DNA of 64,000 bases from NCBI GenBank assembly GCA_963664405.1, contig OY761158.1:2464001-2528000 (forward strand). Reading direction: 5' to 3'. Position 1 is the stretch's first letter. Each line of letters begins with the position of its first letter. The DNA comes from Thermoanaerobaculia bacterium. GTDB taxonomy: Bacteria; Acidobacteriota; Thermoanaerobaculia; Multivoradales; Multivoraceae. The translations under genes were made by a program, and so were the position numbers. A model generated the notes under the pieces. It did not search any database and had not been told where the DNA came from. It was given only the letters and a program-made list of their open reading frames with translations. Shown here in pieces: positions 40,456 through 49,661 of this stretch.

Positions 40456-41325
40456 ATGACCGGACTCAGGCTCCTCCGCCGCACTCGCCTGGCCTCGCTG
40501 ATTCTCCTCGCGGCTACCCCGTCGAACGCACAGCTTCCCCCGACGCAGGCGGGATACGTCACTGTCGATCGTGGAGCCGAGCGCATCTATTTCGAAAGCA
40601 CCGGCAGTGGCGACGCCGTCATCCTCAGCCACGGCGCCGGTGGTAACCACGCCATCTGGGCCAATCAGGTCGTGCCCCTGGCAACGAAATACCGCGTGGT
40701 GACCTGGGATCAGCGCGGTTGGGGCAAATCGAGCAACGAGCGCGGTCTCGCCGGAAGTGCTGAGACCGCGGTCGAAGACCTTCGCAGCCTGCTCGATCAT
40801 CTCGGCATCGAGAAGGCGCACGTCGTCGGTCAGTCGATGGGCGGCTGGGTGGTTGCGGGGTTCGCCCTGCGCTACCCCGAGCGGACCCTCTCTCTGACCC
40901 TCGCCAACACCTACGGCGGGCTCTCCAACCCGTCGATGCGCAAGTGGACGGAGCCCGAGGCCCGCGCTAACCGCCTTCGCGTGCGGACCGCGGCCGGGCG
41001 TCCCACTTCCGGCGTCGGCATCAAGGATCCCGAGCGTGCCTTCCTCTACACCCAGATCCAGAGGCTGTCTCCGCCCCGCTCGCCGGCGCCGCTGGGACTT
41101 TCGCCGACGCAGTGGAGTCTCGACAAGGCACGCAGCCTCACCATGCCGATCCTCATCGTCTCCGCCCCCTGGGACGGACCCTTCGGGCCGGAGATCCTCG
41201 AGGAGCTGCACCAGGCGCTACCAGGTAGCCGCTTGGAGGTAATTCCCGACGCCGGCCACTCACCCTACTTCGAGCGTCCCGAGATCTGGAACCGGGTGGT
41301 CATGGACCACCTCGAGGGGCGATGA
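40456..41325 (+). CDS. Secreted alpha/beta hydrolase
   Basis: HGAGG, DQRGWG.S, GQSMGG and AGHSPYFE. Confidence 0.88.
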   Translation: MTGLRLLRRTRLASLILLAATPSNAQLPPTQAGYVTVDRGAERIYFESTGSGDAVILSHGAGGNHAIWANQVVPLATKYRVVTWDQRGWGKSSNERGLAGSAETAVEDLRSLLDHLGIEKAHVVGQSMGGWVVAGFALRYPERTLSLTLANTYGGLSNPSMRKWTEPEARANRLRVRTAAGRPTSGVGIKDPERAFLYTQIQRLSPPRSPAPLGLSPTQWSLDKARSLTMPILIVSAPWDGPFGPEILEELHQALPGSRLEVIPDAGHSPYFERPEIWNRVVMDHLEGR

Positions 41326-41347
41326 GAACAAGCCCGAGGGAGAAGAG

Positions 41348-41550
41348 ATGACGATCGAGATCCGCGACCCTCGTTTTCTGGACATCGTCGATGAGAGCCT
41401 GGAGCTCGAGACCCTGGCCGACGGCTTTCGCTTCACCGAAGGACCGATCTGGCATCCGCGCGAGCGACATCTCACCTTCAGCGACATCCCCTCGAACCGG
41501 CTGCATCGCTGGAGTGAAGAGGGTGGCCTGTCGGTCTATCGCGAACCCGC
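41348..41550 (+). pseudogene. SMP-30/gluconolactonase N-terminal fragment
   Basis: LADGFRFTEGPIW...FSDIP.N...YREP, then unrelated sequence up to a stop at 41668. Confidence 0.75.
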
Positions 41551-41717
41551 GGGCGGCCTTCCGCCCAGGAGGTGCCAGCCGAAAAGACCCGTATCCAAGC
41601 GACCGGAACATGCTCTCGAAGTGTTCGAGTGGCACCTCTCGGAGCCTCGGAAGCTCTCTTACCCTTAGCGAGCGCCCACAGCCGCCAATCCCAGAGAAAT
41701 AGCGGCCGATCTACAAG

Positions 41718-42515
41718 TTACCGGGAAGGTCCGCACGCCTTATCTGCGCAACTCTGAAGAAATCTTGCATCTTCGGCTGACAGACCTGCCGTGTAGCTGT
41801 TGCCCAACGCAGAGCGCCGGTAGATCGTGTCGAACAGGACACACGCGGCCAGATACGACCCTGCTCTCTTCGCATGGCTTCCATCGGGCATCCACAGCGG
41901 TAGCGCAGGCCGTTGGCGATGGGCCGATTGCCAGGCGAGGCCGACTGGAGCCACCCGAGCGTTGACTTCCCGAGCGAGCGTGACATACGCATCGTGGATC
42001 CGAGCTTGCATCTTGTCGTAGGTGTCGCCGTCCACATTGCCGGGGTCGCCTGGCTGTCGAGCCCATGTCATGAAGAAAATCGTCTGAGCGCCGCTGGCGC
42101 GAACCATCTCATCAAGCGTCTTCGCCGGAGTGTAGAACCACCTATCAAACCGCTCTGGATCGAACCCGAACGAGGGTCGCTGTTGCTGGTCCTGGAGTAC
42201 GACGTAGTCCCACCGTCCTCGGCGCAGGTGTCGCTGGATGCGCCCGTTAGTGAGGTGTTCGACGAAGCCTGCACCACCCGGTGCTTCCGTGACCTGGTGA
42301 AGCGGACGCTCAACTCCAGCGGCTGCCGCGAGTTCAGCAACCATCTTGGGCATGTCGTTGAAGTACGTGTGGCTGTTGCCGACGAACAGCACCCGCATTG
42401 CGTTCGCGGGTACGGGTACCGGAACTTGCTCCGGCTGCGTAAGTCTCCACAGGAGCGCAAGGCACCCTGCGAGAACGGTAACGCCAATCACCTTTCGCAA
42501 CACCGGATGTATCAT
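41718..42515 (-). CDS. SGNH/GDSL-like (DUF4886-type) hydrolase
   Basis: RVLFVGNSHTY.ND, WDYVVLQ, APVGLAW and DGSH...GSYLAAC. Confidence 0.82.
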   Translation of the reverse strand: MIHPVLRKVIGVTVLAGCLALLWRLTQPEQVPVPVPANAMRVLFVGNSHTYFNDMPKMVAELAAAAGVERPLHQVTEAPGGAGFVEHLTNGRIQRHLRRGRWDYVVLQDQQQRPSFGFDPERFDRWFYTPAKTLDEMVRASGAQTIFFMTWARQPGDPGNVDGDTYDKMQARIHDAYVTLAREVNARVAPVGLAWQSAHRQRPALPLWMPDGSHAKRAGSYLAACVLFDTIYRRSALGNSYTAGLSAEDARFLQSCADKACGPSR

Positions 42516-42535
42516 AAGCGGCCTTGTCGTTCGCA

Positions 42536-42715
42536 CTAGACCAGCGTTTCCAAAGTTCGCGTACATATCTCGGCCCCTTCTGCCCGCTGCCGGCGTTGGC
42601 TAGACGCCCCCGCGCTCCTCGACATATTGCCCAATATGCCTTGCGTCGGCGCGCCTGGCCAGCGAACAGAATGAGCTCGAGCTATGCAGCCCGAACTTTG
42701 GAAACGCTGGTCTAG
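42536..42715 (+). mobile_element. MITE copy 2 (14 bp longer variant)
   Basis: Same terminal repeats and CTAG flanks as copy 1, with an internal insertion around 42595-42615. Confidence 0.92.
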
Positions 42716-42926
42716 GCACCCAGTGGGTCGTCCGGACCTGCCCGGGTTTGATGGGCATCGCCGACGGCACTGCTCATCCGCAACCCGTTAGGCCCGAGAC
42801 CAGCCTTCGGCTGCTTAGGTGCCAGCGGAGTGTTTCAACGCCGTAAGGAAAGCACCTGCGAGTCAATTCTTCGGCTGGAACCCGGTAGCTAGGCCGTCAA
42901 CCGCCCCCGGTGGGAGCTTGCCATGA

Positions 42927-43082
42927 AACTACATTGTAGTTCGATTCCCGTCGATGAAAGCGCTTCTAGACTTCTGGAACTCGTCGGAATATCAGGCTGT
43001 AAAACACCTTCGAACCGATGTCATCAAGCCGAACTTCACGTTTGCGGTCGAGGCCTTTGACCCCGAAAGCTATGGTCAGTAG
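42927..43082 (+). pseudogene. DUF1330 C-terminal fragment
   Basis: Manual translation NYIVVRFPSMKALLDFWNSSEYQAVKHLRT...FAVEAF*, matching the FPS...W.S.EYQ...R motif. Confidence 0.65.
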
Positions 43083-43091
43083 GAAGACCAC

Positions 43092-43172
43092 CTCCCGCGC
43101 GTGGGTGATAATAAGGCCAGCCGACCCAGACAAGTCGTTGCGAACGAGGATCGGCAGAATCATAGGTTAGGC
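43092..43172 (+). other. att-like site ending in GTTAGGC (repeat copy A)
   Basis: Homologous to 44836-44911, with an internal GCCGA...TCGGC stem; ends about 20 nt before the amidase ATG. Confidence 0.5.
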
Positions 43173-43192
43173 GCACTTGACAGGAGAGACCC

Positions 43193-44701
43193 ATGCTGAA
43201 GACACCGACGCGCGATCAGATTGCAAGGATCATCGAAGGCTTTGGAATCTCGGCCTCGAGTGACGACATTTCGCTTTACCGCGACCTGGTGGAAGGCTCG
43301 ATCGCTGGCAATGCCGCCCTCGATGACCTCCCCGACGACGAAATCCAGCCCGGCGCCGCTGACCGAGAGTGGACACGTCCCGAGCCGGCTCAAAATCCCT
43401 ACAATGCCTGGTACGTCAAGACCCACATCACCGGCGCCCAACGGGGTCTCCTTCAAGGCCGGACCGTCGCGATCAAAGACAACGTGTTCGTTGCCGGTGT
43501 TCCGCTGATGGATGGCAGCAAGATCCTTGACGGTTATACGCCCCCGGTGGACGCCACTATCGTGACCCGCATTCTCGATGCTGGTGGGACGATCGCGGGT
43601 AAGGCCGTCTGCGAGGCCTTTTGTTTCTCCGGAGGCAGCCACACCAGCCAGTCTGGTCCTGTCCAGAATCCGCACAACACCGCCCACTCGGCAGGTGGTT
43701 CTTCGTCGGGCAGTGCGGCCCTTGTTGCCGGAGGCGAGGTAGACCTCGCCATCGGTTGCGATCAGGGAGGATCCATTCGCATCCCCTCCAGCTTCTGCGG
43801 TATCTACGGCATGAAGCCAACCCACGGTCTCGTGCCCTACACCGGAATCCTGGGCATGGGACCCGTCATCGACCATGTTGGGCCGATGACCGCCAATGTC
43901 GTGGACAACGCCCTGCTTCTGGAAGTGATCGCCGGCAGCGATGGGCTGGATAGCCGTCAGTACGACCCGCGCACTGCGCGCTATACCGAGTCGCTACAGC
44001 AAGGGATCGGAGGCCTGCGGGTTGGCGTAGTCGGCGAAGGATTCGACCTCGAAGGCTCGGAGCCCGACGTCGACGCCAAGGTGCGCCGCGCCGCCAAGTT
44101 GCTTGGCGAGATGGGTGCCACCGTAACGGACGTTTCAATACCCATGCATCAGCTGGGCGCGGCGATTTCTTTTGCGGTAATTCAGCAGACCATCGACGCG
44201 ATGTTCCATCACGACGGCTGTCTGATCAACCGGCTCGATCCTGTCGCAGTGAGTTTTCTCGAGGCACAGCACGCGTGGCGTGAGCGCGCCAACGAGCTTC
44301 CGGAAACCATCAAGGTCATGCTGATCGCTGCCGAGTTCCTCAACCAGGCGCATGGATACCACTACGTCGCCAAGGGCACGAACCTAGTGCGGAAAATGCG
44401 TGCCGCGTACGACGAAGCGTTAGAGAAAGTGGATCTTCTACTGATGCCTACGACTCCGATGAAGGCCTCGCGGCTTCCGGGTGCAGATGTTGATCCCGCC
44501 ACCAGTATCGCGCTTGCCTTCTCTCCGCTGACGAACACGATGCCGTTCGACAACACCCACCACCCCGCGATGTCCGTCCCCTGTGGGGTGAGCGATGGTC
44601 TCCCTGTCGGCATGATGCTGGTGGGGCGTCACTACGAGGAGTCAACCATTTACCGCGCCGCTCACGCCTTTGAGACAGGGGTAGACTGGCGCGGGCTGTA
44701 G
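43193..44701 (+). CDS. Amidase-signature family amidase
   Basis: VAIKDN, GGSSSGS and GCDQGGSIRIPSS (Ser-cisSer-Lys triad). Confidence 0.93.
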   Translation: MLKTPTRDQIARIIEGFGISASSDDISLYRDLVEGSIAGNAALDDLPDDEIQPGAADREWTRPEPAQNPYNAWYVKTHITGAQRGLLQGRTVAIKDNVFVAGVPLMDGSKILDGYTPPVDATIVTRILDAGGTIAGKAVCEAFCFSGGSHTSQSGPVQNPHNTAHSAGGSSSGSAALVAGGEVDLAIGCDQGGSIRIPSSFCGIYGMKPTHGLVPYTGILGMGPVIDHVGPMTANVVDNALLLEVIAGSDGLDSRQYDPRTARYTESLQQGIGGLRVGVVGEGFDLEGSEPDVDAKVRRAAKLLGEMGATVTDVSIPMHQLGAAISFAVIQQTIDAMFHHDGCLINRLDPVAVSFLEAQHAWRERANELPETIKVMLIAAEFLNQAHGYHYVAKGTNLVRKMRAAYDEALEKVDLLLMPTTPMKASRLPGADVDPATSIALAFSPLTNTMPFDNTHHPAMSVPCGVSDGLPVGMMLVGRHYEESTIYRAAHAFETGVDWRGL

Positions 44702-44835
44702 GTGGCTTAGAAGTCGAGACCGTGCGCCTAACGAGGCGATCAGGATCTCGACGTCGCGACAACGCCCACACGGCGAAGTGCGTGCGGGGATCCGGAGACC
44801 CCAGGGCCGCCAGTCGCCTGGAGTGACTCTTGGAT

Positions 44836-44911
44836 CTCCCGACATGGGGGATAATAGGATCCGCCGATCCAAATACGCTGCGGTAGAGGTCGGCAGAGTC
44901 GCAGCTTAGGC
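44836..44911 (+). other. att-like site ending in CTTAGGC (repeat copy B)
   Basis: Homologous to 43092-43172; ends about 21 nt before the kinase ATG. Confidence 0.45.
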
Positions 44912-44932
44912 GGCCATGCGTTCGACGATGCC

Positions 44933-45472
44933 ATGACTTCGAAGCTAATCGTACTGAGCGGTCTTCCTGGCACGGGGAAAACCGAGATCGCCGAGTCGGT
45001 GGCCAAGACGCTCGGAGCGCCTGCCTTCGCAAAGGATTGGCTCGAGGCGCCGATCCTGCAGGCGGGCACCGTGCCAAAGGACCGGCTTGGCACAATTGAC
45101 TATGACCTACTCACGACGCTCACTCGCCGTCAGCTCGAGTTTGGCCAGTCGGCTGTGCTCGATAGCGTCGCGAGTAGTGCCAGTATCCGACATGCATGGC
45201 GCGAGCTGGCCCACGAGCTCAACGCCTCCTCATTCGTCATCGAGTGTGTGTGCTCGGACTCCGAGCTCCATAGGCAGCGCCTTCTCGCTCGGCGCCGTGG
45301 CATCCCCGGCTGGCCCGAGCTCACCTGGGCCGAGGTAGAGCGGGTGCAGAGCTACTACGTGCCCTGGCAAGAAGAGCGGCTCATCCTCGACTCGGTCTCG
45401 TCCCTGAAGGAGAACATCGAGAAGGCAATTGCCTACGTAGCGCGGCCAGCCGCGAGCCAAGTGCAGGGCTAG
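44933..45472 (+). CDS. P-loop (AAA_33-type) kinase
   Basis: LIVLSGLPGTGKT, SAVLD and IECVCSD...HRQRL..R. Confidence 0.85.
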   Translation: MTSKLIVLSGLPGTGKTEIAESVAKTLGAPAFAKDWLEAPILQAGTVPKDRLGTIDYDLLTTLTRRQLEFGQSAVLDSVASSASIRHAWRELAHELNASSFVIECVCSDSELHRQRLLARRRGIPGWPELTWAEVERVQSYYVPWQEERLILDSVSSLKENIEKAIAYVARPAASQVQG

Positions 45473-45517
45473 TCGGCGGATCCACACCGAAACACCATGA
45501 GTGGAGGAAGAATCGGA

Positions 45518-46984
45518 ATGACCAAACGTGTACTGCAATTGGCAGCAGCCACCTTCATTGCCGCTGGATCAATTCCGGTGGCATCGGCCCAAGACGCGAG
45601 ACACGGCTACACCTTCGAGCGAGGCTATCCCAGCGGTCAGACCGCGGAGCAGGCGATCGACAACGCCGACCTGCGGCGTGCGATTGAGGCCTACAAGTTC
45701 TTCTTTCCCACGGTTGCCACCGAAGGCGTGTTTCAGCAATTCGTGCCGCACGGCATGGTTCCGAATGAGGTCGGGATCATCATGCCGCAGGACCCGGAGC
45801 AGCAGTTCGCCTACGCCAACCAGGATACGCCCTACATTCTCGGCCACTTTGACTTGAGCGAGGGGCCGATGGTTGTCGAGCTCCCTGATGGCCCCTACAT
45901 CGGCGGCGTCAACGACCACAATGAGGAATGGATCGCCGACAGCGGGATCATCGGCCCGACCAAGGGCAAAGCCGAGAAGACAATCTTGCTGCCGCCCGGC
46001 TACGACGGGGTGATTCCGGATGGCTACCGCCCGGTCCGGTCCAAGACCGTGCAGGTCTTGTGGTGGGCACGCGTCCTCTCAGCGACCGGTTCCTATGACG
46101 AAGCCGTTGAATACGCCAACAAGGTGCAGGCCTACCACATCGCCGATTCGGGGAAGACCTCGACCTATCGCGTCATCGATATCAAGGGCAAGCCGGCGCC
46201 GAATCCGATGCTGGCCTGGGAGCACAACATCAAGTACTGGGAGAACCTCGACAAGGTACTCCAGGAGGAACCGGTCCAGGAAAAATACCGGGTCATGAAC
46301 GGCATGCTGCATCAATTGGGCATTCGGAAGGGCGCGCCGTTTGCGCCGGATGCGCGGATGAAGGAGATCCTGGAAGAGGCGGCGAGGATCGGCTTCGACG
46401 AGATGAGCGTCACCTACTTCGCCAACCCGGATCCGGACAGGCTTGTGTGGGAAGACCGTACATGGGAATTCATCCCCGTGGTTGGCGCCTTCGATCCTCG
46501 GCTCAAGGAATGGGGCGGCCCGTCTTACCGCGACCTGAACACCAGCGACGCCTACTTCTGGGCGGGCTTTGGAACCTCAGCCGCGATCGGCGCCCGCAAG
46601 GCTGGCTCGGGCTCGATGTATTTCACGACTCCGCGCGACGCAACCGGTGTCTACCTCGACGGGGGGAAGAACTACAGGCTCAACGTCCCCGGACCGGTGC
46701 CGGCGCGGTTGTTCTGGTCGGTCACGGTCTACGACACGGAAACCCGCTGCATCATCGACTCCGGCCAGGGCCGCGGGGCGGTGCGTTCTCTGCACGAAAA
46801 GCCGGTGACCAATGCCGACGGTTCGTACGACATCTATTACGGACCCGACAAGCCCACCGGGAAGGAAAAGAACTGGGTAAGGACCATCCCCGGCAAGGGC
46901 TGGTTCACCACTCTGCGGATGTATGGCCCGACCGAGGAAGCCTTCTCCACCTACAAGCTGCCAAATATCGAGAAGATCAGATAG
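45518..46984 (+). CDS. DUF1254/DUF1214 secreted protein
   Basis: AN.DTPY, DLSEGPMVVELP, LDGGKNY.L.VP..VPA.LFWSVTVYD and NWV.T.PGKGWF..LRMYGP. Confidence 0.9.
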   Translation: MTKRVLQLAAATFIAAGSIPVASAQDARHGYTFERGYPSGQTAEQAIDNADLRRAIEAYKFFFPTVATEGVFQQFVPHGMVPNEVGIIMPQDPEQQFAYANQDTPYILGHFDLSEGPMVVELPDGPYIGGVNDHNEEWIADSGIIGPTKGKAEKTILLPPGYDGVIPDGYRPVRSKTVQVLWWARVLSATGSYDEAVEYANKVQAYHIADSGKTSTYRVIDIKGKPAPNPMLAWEHNIKYWENLDKVLQEEPVQEKYRVMNGMLHQLGIRKGAPFAPDARMKEILEEAARIGFDEMSVTYFANPDPDRLVWEDRTWEFIPVVGAFDPRLKEWGGPSYRDLNTSDAYFWAGFGTSAAIGARKAGSGSMYFTTPRDATGVYLDGGKNYRLNVPGPVPARLFWSVTVYDTETRCIIDSGQGRGAVRSLHEKPVTNADGSYDIYYGPDKPTGKEKNWVRTIPGKGWFTTLRMYGPTEEAFSTYKLPNIEKIR

Positions 46985-47024
46985 CGAGAAGATTCAAGGT
47001 GAAAGGGCGAATTCATCGCAGGAC

Positions 47025-47085
47025 AGCTCACCAGCGGTTGCAGTGGACGCCGCCAGGGCGTCGCCGCTGAACCAAGTAGCTAGCC
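47025..47085 (+). other. Degenerate integron attC site
   Basis: AGCTCAC-CAGCGGTTGCAGTGGACGCC...GGCGTCGCCGCTGAACC-AAGTA-GCTAGCC has the attC palindrome layout with mutated R boxes. Confidence 0.65.
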
Positions 47086-47118
47086 ACACCACAACCAGAA
47101 AGCGAAGGAGCGAAGAAG

Positions 47119-47481
47119 GTGATCAAGTTTGTCATGTGTCTGACGCGCCACCCACGTATGACTCGCGAAGAATTCAGGGACTACTGGAAGAACAAGCATG
47201 GTCCGTTCTTCATGAGCAACGCAGATACGATGGGTGCCAAGAGGTACCTGCAATCCCACACCCTGGACACGCCGCTAAACGAAGGTCTCAGGGCCTCCAG
47301 AGGGATGCTTCCTGAATATGACGGCGTTGCGGAAGTCTGGTTCGAGTCAGAAGAAGCGCTTGTTGCGGGAATGAGCTCTCCCGAGGGACAGCAACTCGGC
47401 GCAGCCCTGCTGGAAGATGAGGGGAACTTCATCGACCATTCCAAGTCATCGGCGTTCATCGTTGAGGAACACGAATTCTAG
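47119..47481 (+). CDS. EthD-domain protein (gene-cassette-like)
   Basis: TREEFRDYW...H, Y.QSH, YDGVAEVWF and DE.NFID; flanked by attC-like sites. Confidence 0.88.
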   Translation: MIKFVMCLTRHPRMTREEFRDYWKNKHGPFFMSNADTMGAKRYLQSHTLDTPLNEGLRASRGMLPEYDGVAEVWFESEEALVAGMSSPEGQQLGAALLEDEGNFIDHSKSSAFIVEEHEF

Positions 47482-47483
47482 GT

Positions 47484-47546
47484 GGCTAACAGGGCGATGC
47501 AAGTGCGCCGGCCTCCAGCCGGCCGCTGATCGCCGCAGCCTCCGGC
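47484..47546 (+). other. Degenerate integron attC site
   Basis: GGCTAAC (RYYYAAC) starts 2 nt after the stop, then GGCGATGCA...GCCGGCC..GCCGGCCGCTGATCGCC; the R' box is lost. Confidence 0.65.
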
Positions 47547-47879
47547 GGCTATCAGGTGCCACCCGACCTCGGGGCGCGGCCTACGAAGCGAAACTCGTCG
47601 TTCGTTGCCAGGCTCCGGATGCTGTCTTGACACCGGACGAACGTCTCCGCGGGTTCAACTATGTTGGCCATTCGGCCCAGCTCATCCATGTAACGTTTCG
47701 TCAGTATCAAGCCGGGCATCTGCCGAGCACGCGGCATTCATCGAGACCGTGCATCGCTCGCGCCACCCCGAGGCGGATTTCATCTTGAGTCACCAGCGAT
47801 CAGAGCGCCGAGCGCGTAGGCCACACCCGGATCATGGGGTGCCGAGCCCCAGCCGCCCGCGGCCTAAGAAGGGCGCTGC

Positions 47880-48219
47880 AGTCGATGTGGCCCTCGGGTC
47901 GGCTGAAGACGCAGTAGAAGCTGAGCGCAATCGGTAGCGGCGCGATGAGCATGAAGGGATGACGCCGACCCCAGCGCCTGGATCGATAACGATCCGAGAA
48001 GGAGCCGAACAGCGGATCCGAGATGGCGTCGGTCAGGGTGGCGATGGTGGGTACCAGCCCAGCCACCAGCACGTCGAGTCCAAGCACCTGGTTGTAGAAC
48101 AGCATGCCGAGAATCGACAGCGAATACAGCGACATGTTCTCCGCAGAGGCGCCAATACCGAAGGCAAGGCGCGTGCGGATCGGTACGGTCAGCGATTGGA
48201 CCGGTTCGCCTCGAGTCAT
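47880..48219 (-). pseudogene. GPH/MFS sugar:cation symporter N-terminal fragment
   Basis: FYNQVLGL, DAISDPLFG.FSD...SR.WGRRHPFM; truncated after the third TM helix. Confidence 0.78.
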
Positions 48220-48235
48220 CGTTCGCCGATCGACT

Positions 48236-48471
48236 TCACTTCGGCGTACTTACCGGCTTCCCCGCAGCGATCCACTCCTTCTCGAGCACGCGAGCGCCCT
48301 TCAGCTGATTCAAAGGAAACCGGTGGTCTCGGCGACCAGGGTATCGCCTTCCCACCAGCCGATCGAATCGGCGCTGAGCGAGCGGACATCGGATGGCAGA
48401 TGTTCGGAATTCAGCCGAATCACCCGCGCCCAGCCCAGCAGCGCAAAGGCAAGAAGAAGCGCTGTCTTCAT
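48236..48471 (-). pseudogene. Collapsed 'EYACHEGN'-family gene with two internal deletions
   Basis: MKTALLLAFALLG | WARVIRLNSEH...DSIGWWEGDTLVAETTGF | NQLKGARVLE; only the signal peptide, mid-core and tail remain. Confidence 0.65.
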
Positions 48472-49136
48472 CCCAGATCTCCTTTCCGTAATTCTCACAC
48501 ACTCCCACTCCAGGGGCGCCCGAATCCGTCCTTGACCGACCTAGTCAGGGAGGTTATTGTCAGGTGTGCATAAGTCGATGCTGTCCATAATCATCGTCAC
48601 CTACAACACCGACCAGCTTCTATCTGAGTGCTTGTCGAGCCTCGCGTCCCACGACCTTGCTGGGCAATATGATGTTGTCGTTATCAACAACGGAGTCGCT
48701 CTCGAAGCCGAGAGTCTCGGCGACCTCGATCTCTGCGTCAGAATCGTCAACCGCCCACGGAACATCGGCTACGGTGCCGCCCTCAACCAAGGCGCGCGGC
48801 TGACGCGATCGGAGCTCCTGCTCTTCCTGAATGCCGATACGAGGCTCCCGGCAGGAAGCCTAGCGCCACTCGTCGCGCGGCTGCAGGACGATCCGGGCGT
48901 TGGCGTGGTAGCTCCGCGGCTTCGGTATCCGGTGTCAACGGCGCTTAAGAAGCGCGCGATCCCGGCTTTCTGACCGCGTTTCCTGCTGAGAGTCTCTTCA
49001 GCATCATCGTCGCGCGCGAGCAGCGTGGCAGGTGGGAGTATGGGGAGACCGGCGGGGGCGACTCCAAGCAAGGTACCCGCCCACCGCCGGAAGGCCTGGG
49101 GTATGACGCCCCAGAAGAGGAGTATTCCGCCTGCGG

Positions 49137-49661
49137 GTGGCGAAGTCCAGGCCGAAGGAGGCCTGGGCCGTGCGCCGCCGTCCGGATTGCCGTCGCTTCG
49201 TTTGCGATCGTTGCCGCCGAGCCGTCTACCTCTGCTCTTGGTGCGATCGAGGACATCGTTATTGCTCGGGGGAGTGCCGGGATGAGGCTCGTCGTTACAG
49301 CCTTCGCTGCGCCGGACGTCGTTACCAGCAGACGCCGCGGGGGCGCCGCTTGCATGCCCGCCGTCAGCAGGCCTATCGAGATCGCAAGCAGCAAGGCTCA
49401 AAGAAAGTGACGCATCACAGTTGCCGCCGCGGGGGCGGCTCTGCGATGGTCGCGTCATGTCCCACCGCGACGCTTCCGGCCCCGTTGCAAGCCGTGCCCG
49501 TAGGAGATCGGAGCAGGGAGCTTCTCTGCGGGCGGTGCAGTCATCCTTGCGAGCCGATGATTCGCCACGACTTCTTGCGCTCGCGTCGAGCCCGTCCGGT
49601 GCGCAGGCGGGCGCGGGATGATCTCTCCCGAGCTCGCCGCCGAGATCCGCCGTCTCTATGA
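49137..49661 (+). CDS. IS21-associated Cys-rich (zinc-finger-like) protein
   Basis: CDRC....LCSWCDRGHRYCS.EC followed by RRYQ.T.RGR..HA.RQ..YR; start uncertain. Confidence 0.65.
   Translation: MAKSRPKEAWAVRRRPDCRRFVCDRCRRAVYLCSWCDRGHRYCSGECRDEARRYSLRCAGRRYQQTPRGRRLHARRQQAYRDRKQQGSKKVTHHSCRRGGGSAMVASCPTATLPAPLQAVPVGDRSRELLCGRCSHPCEPMIRHDFLRSRRARPVRRRARDDLSRARRRDPPSL

Noticed and set aside
47547-47879. Possible gene fragment between the last attC and the MFS remnant
   Set aside because: No frame could be assigned to a family by eye.
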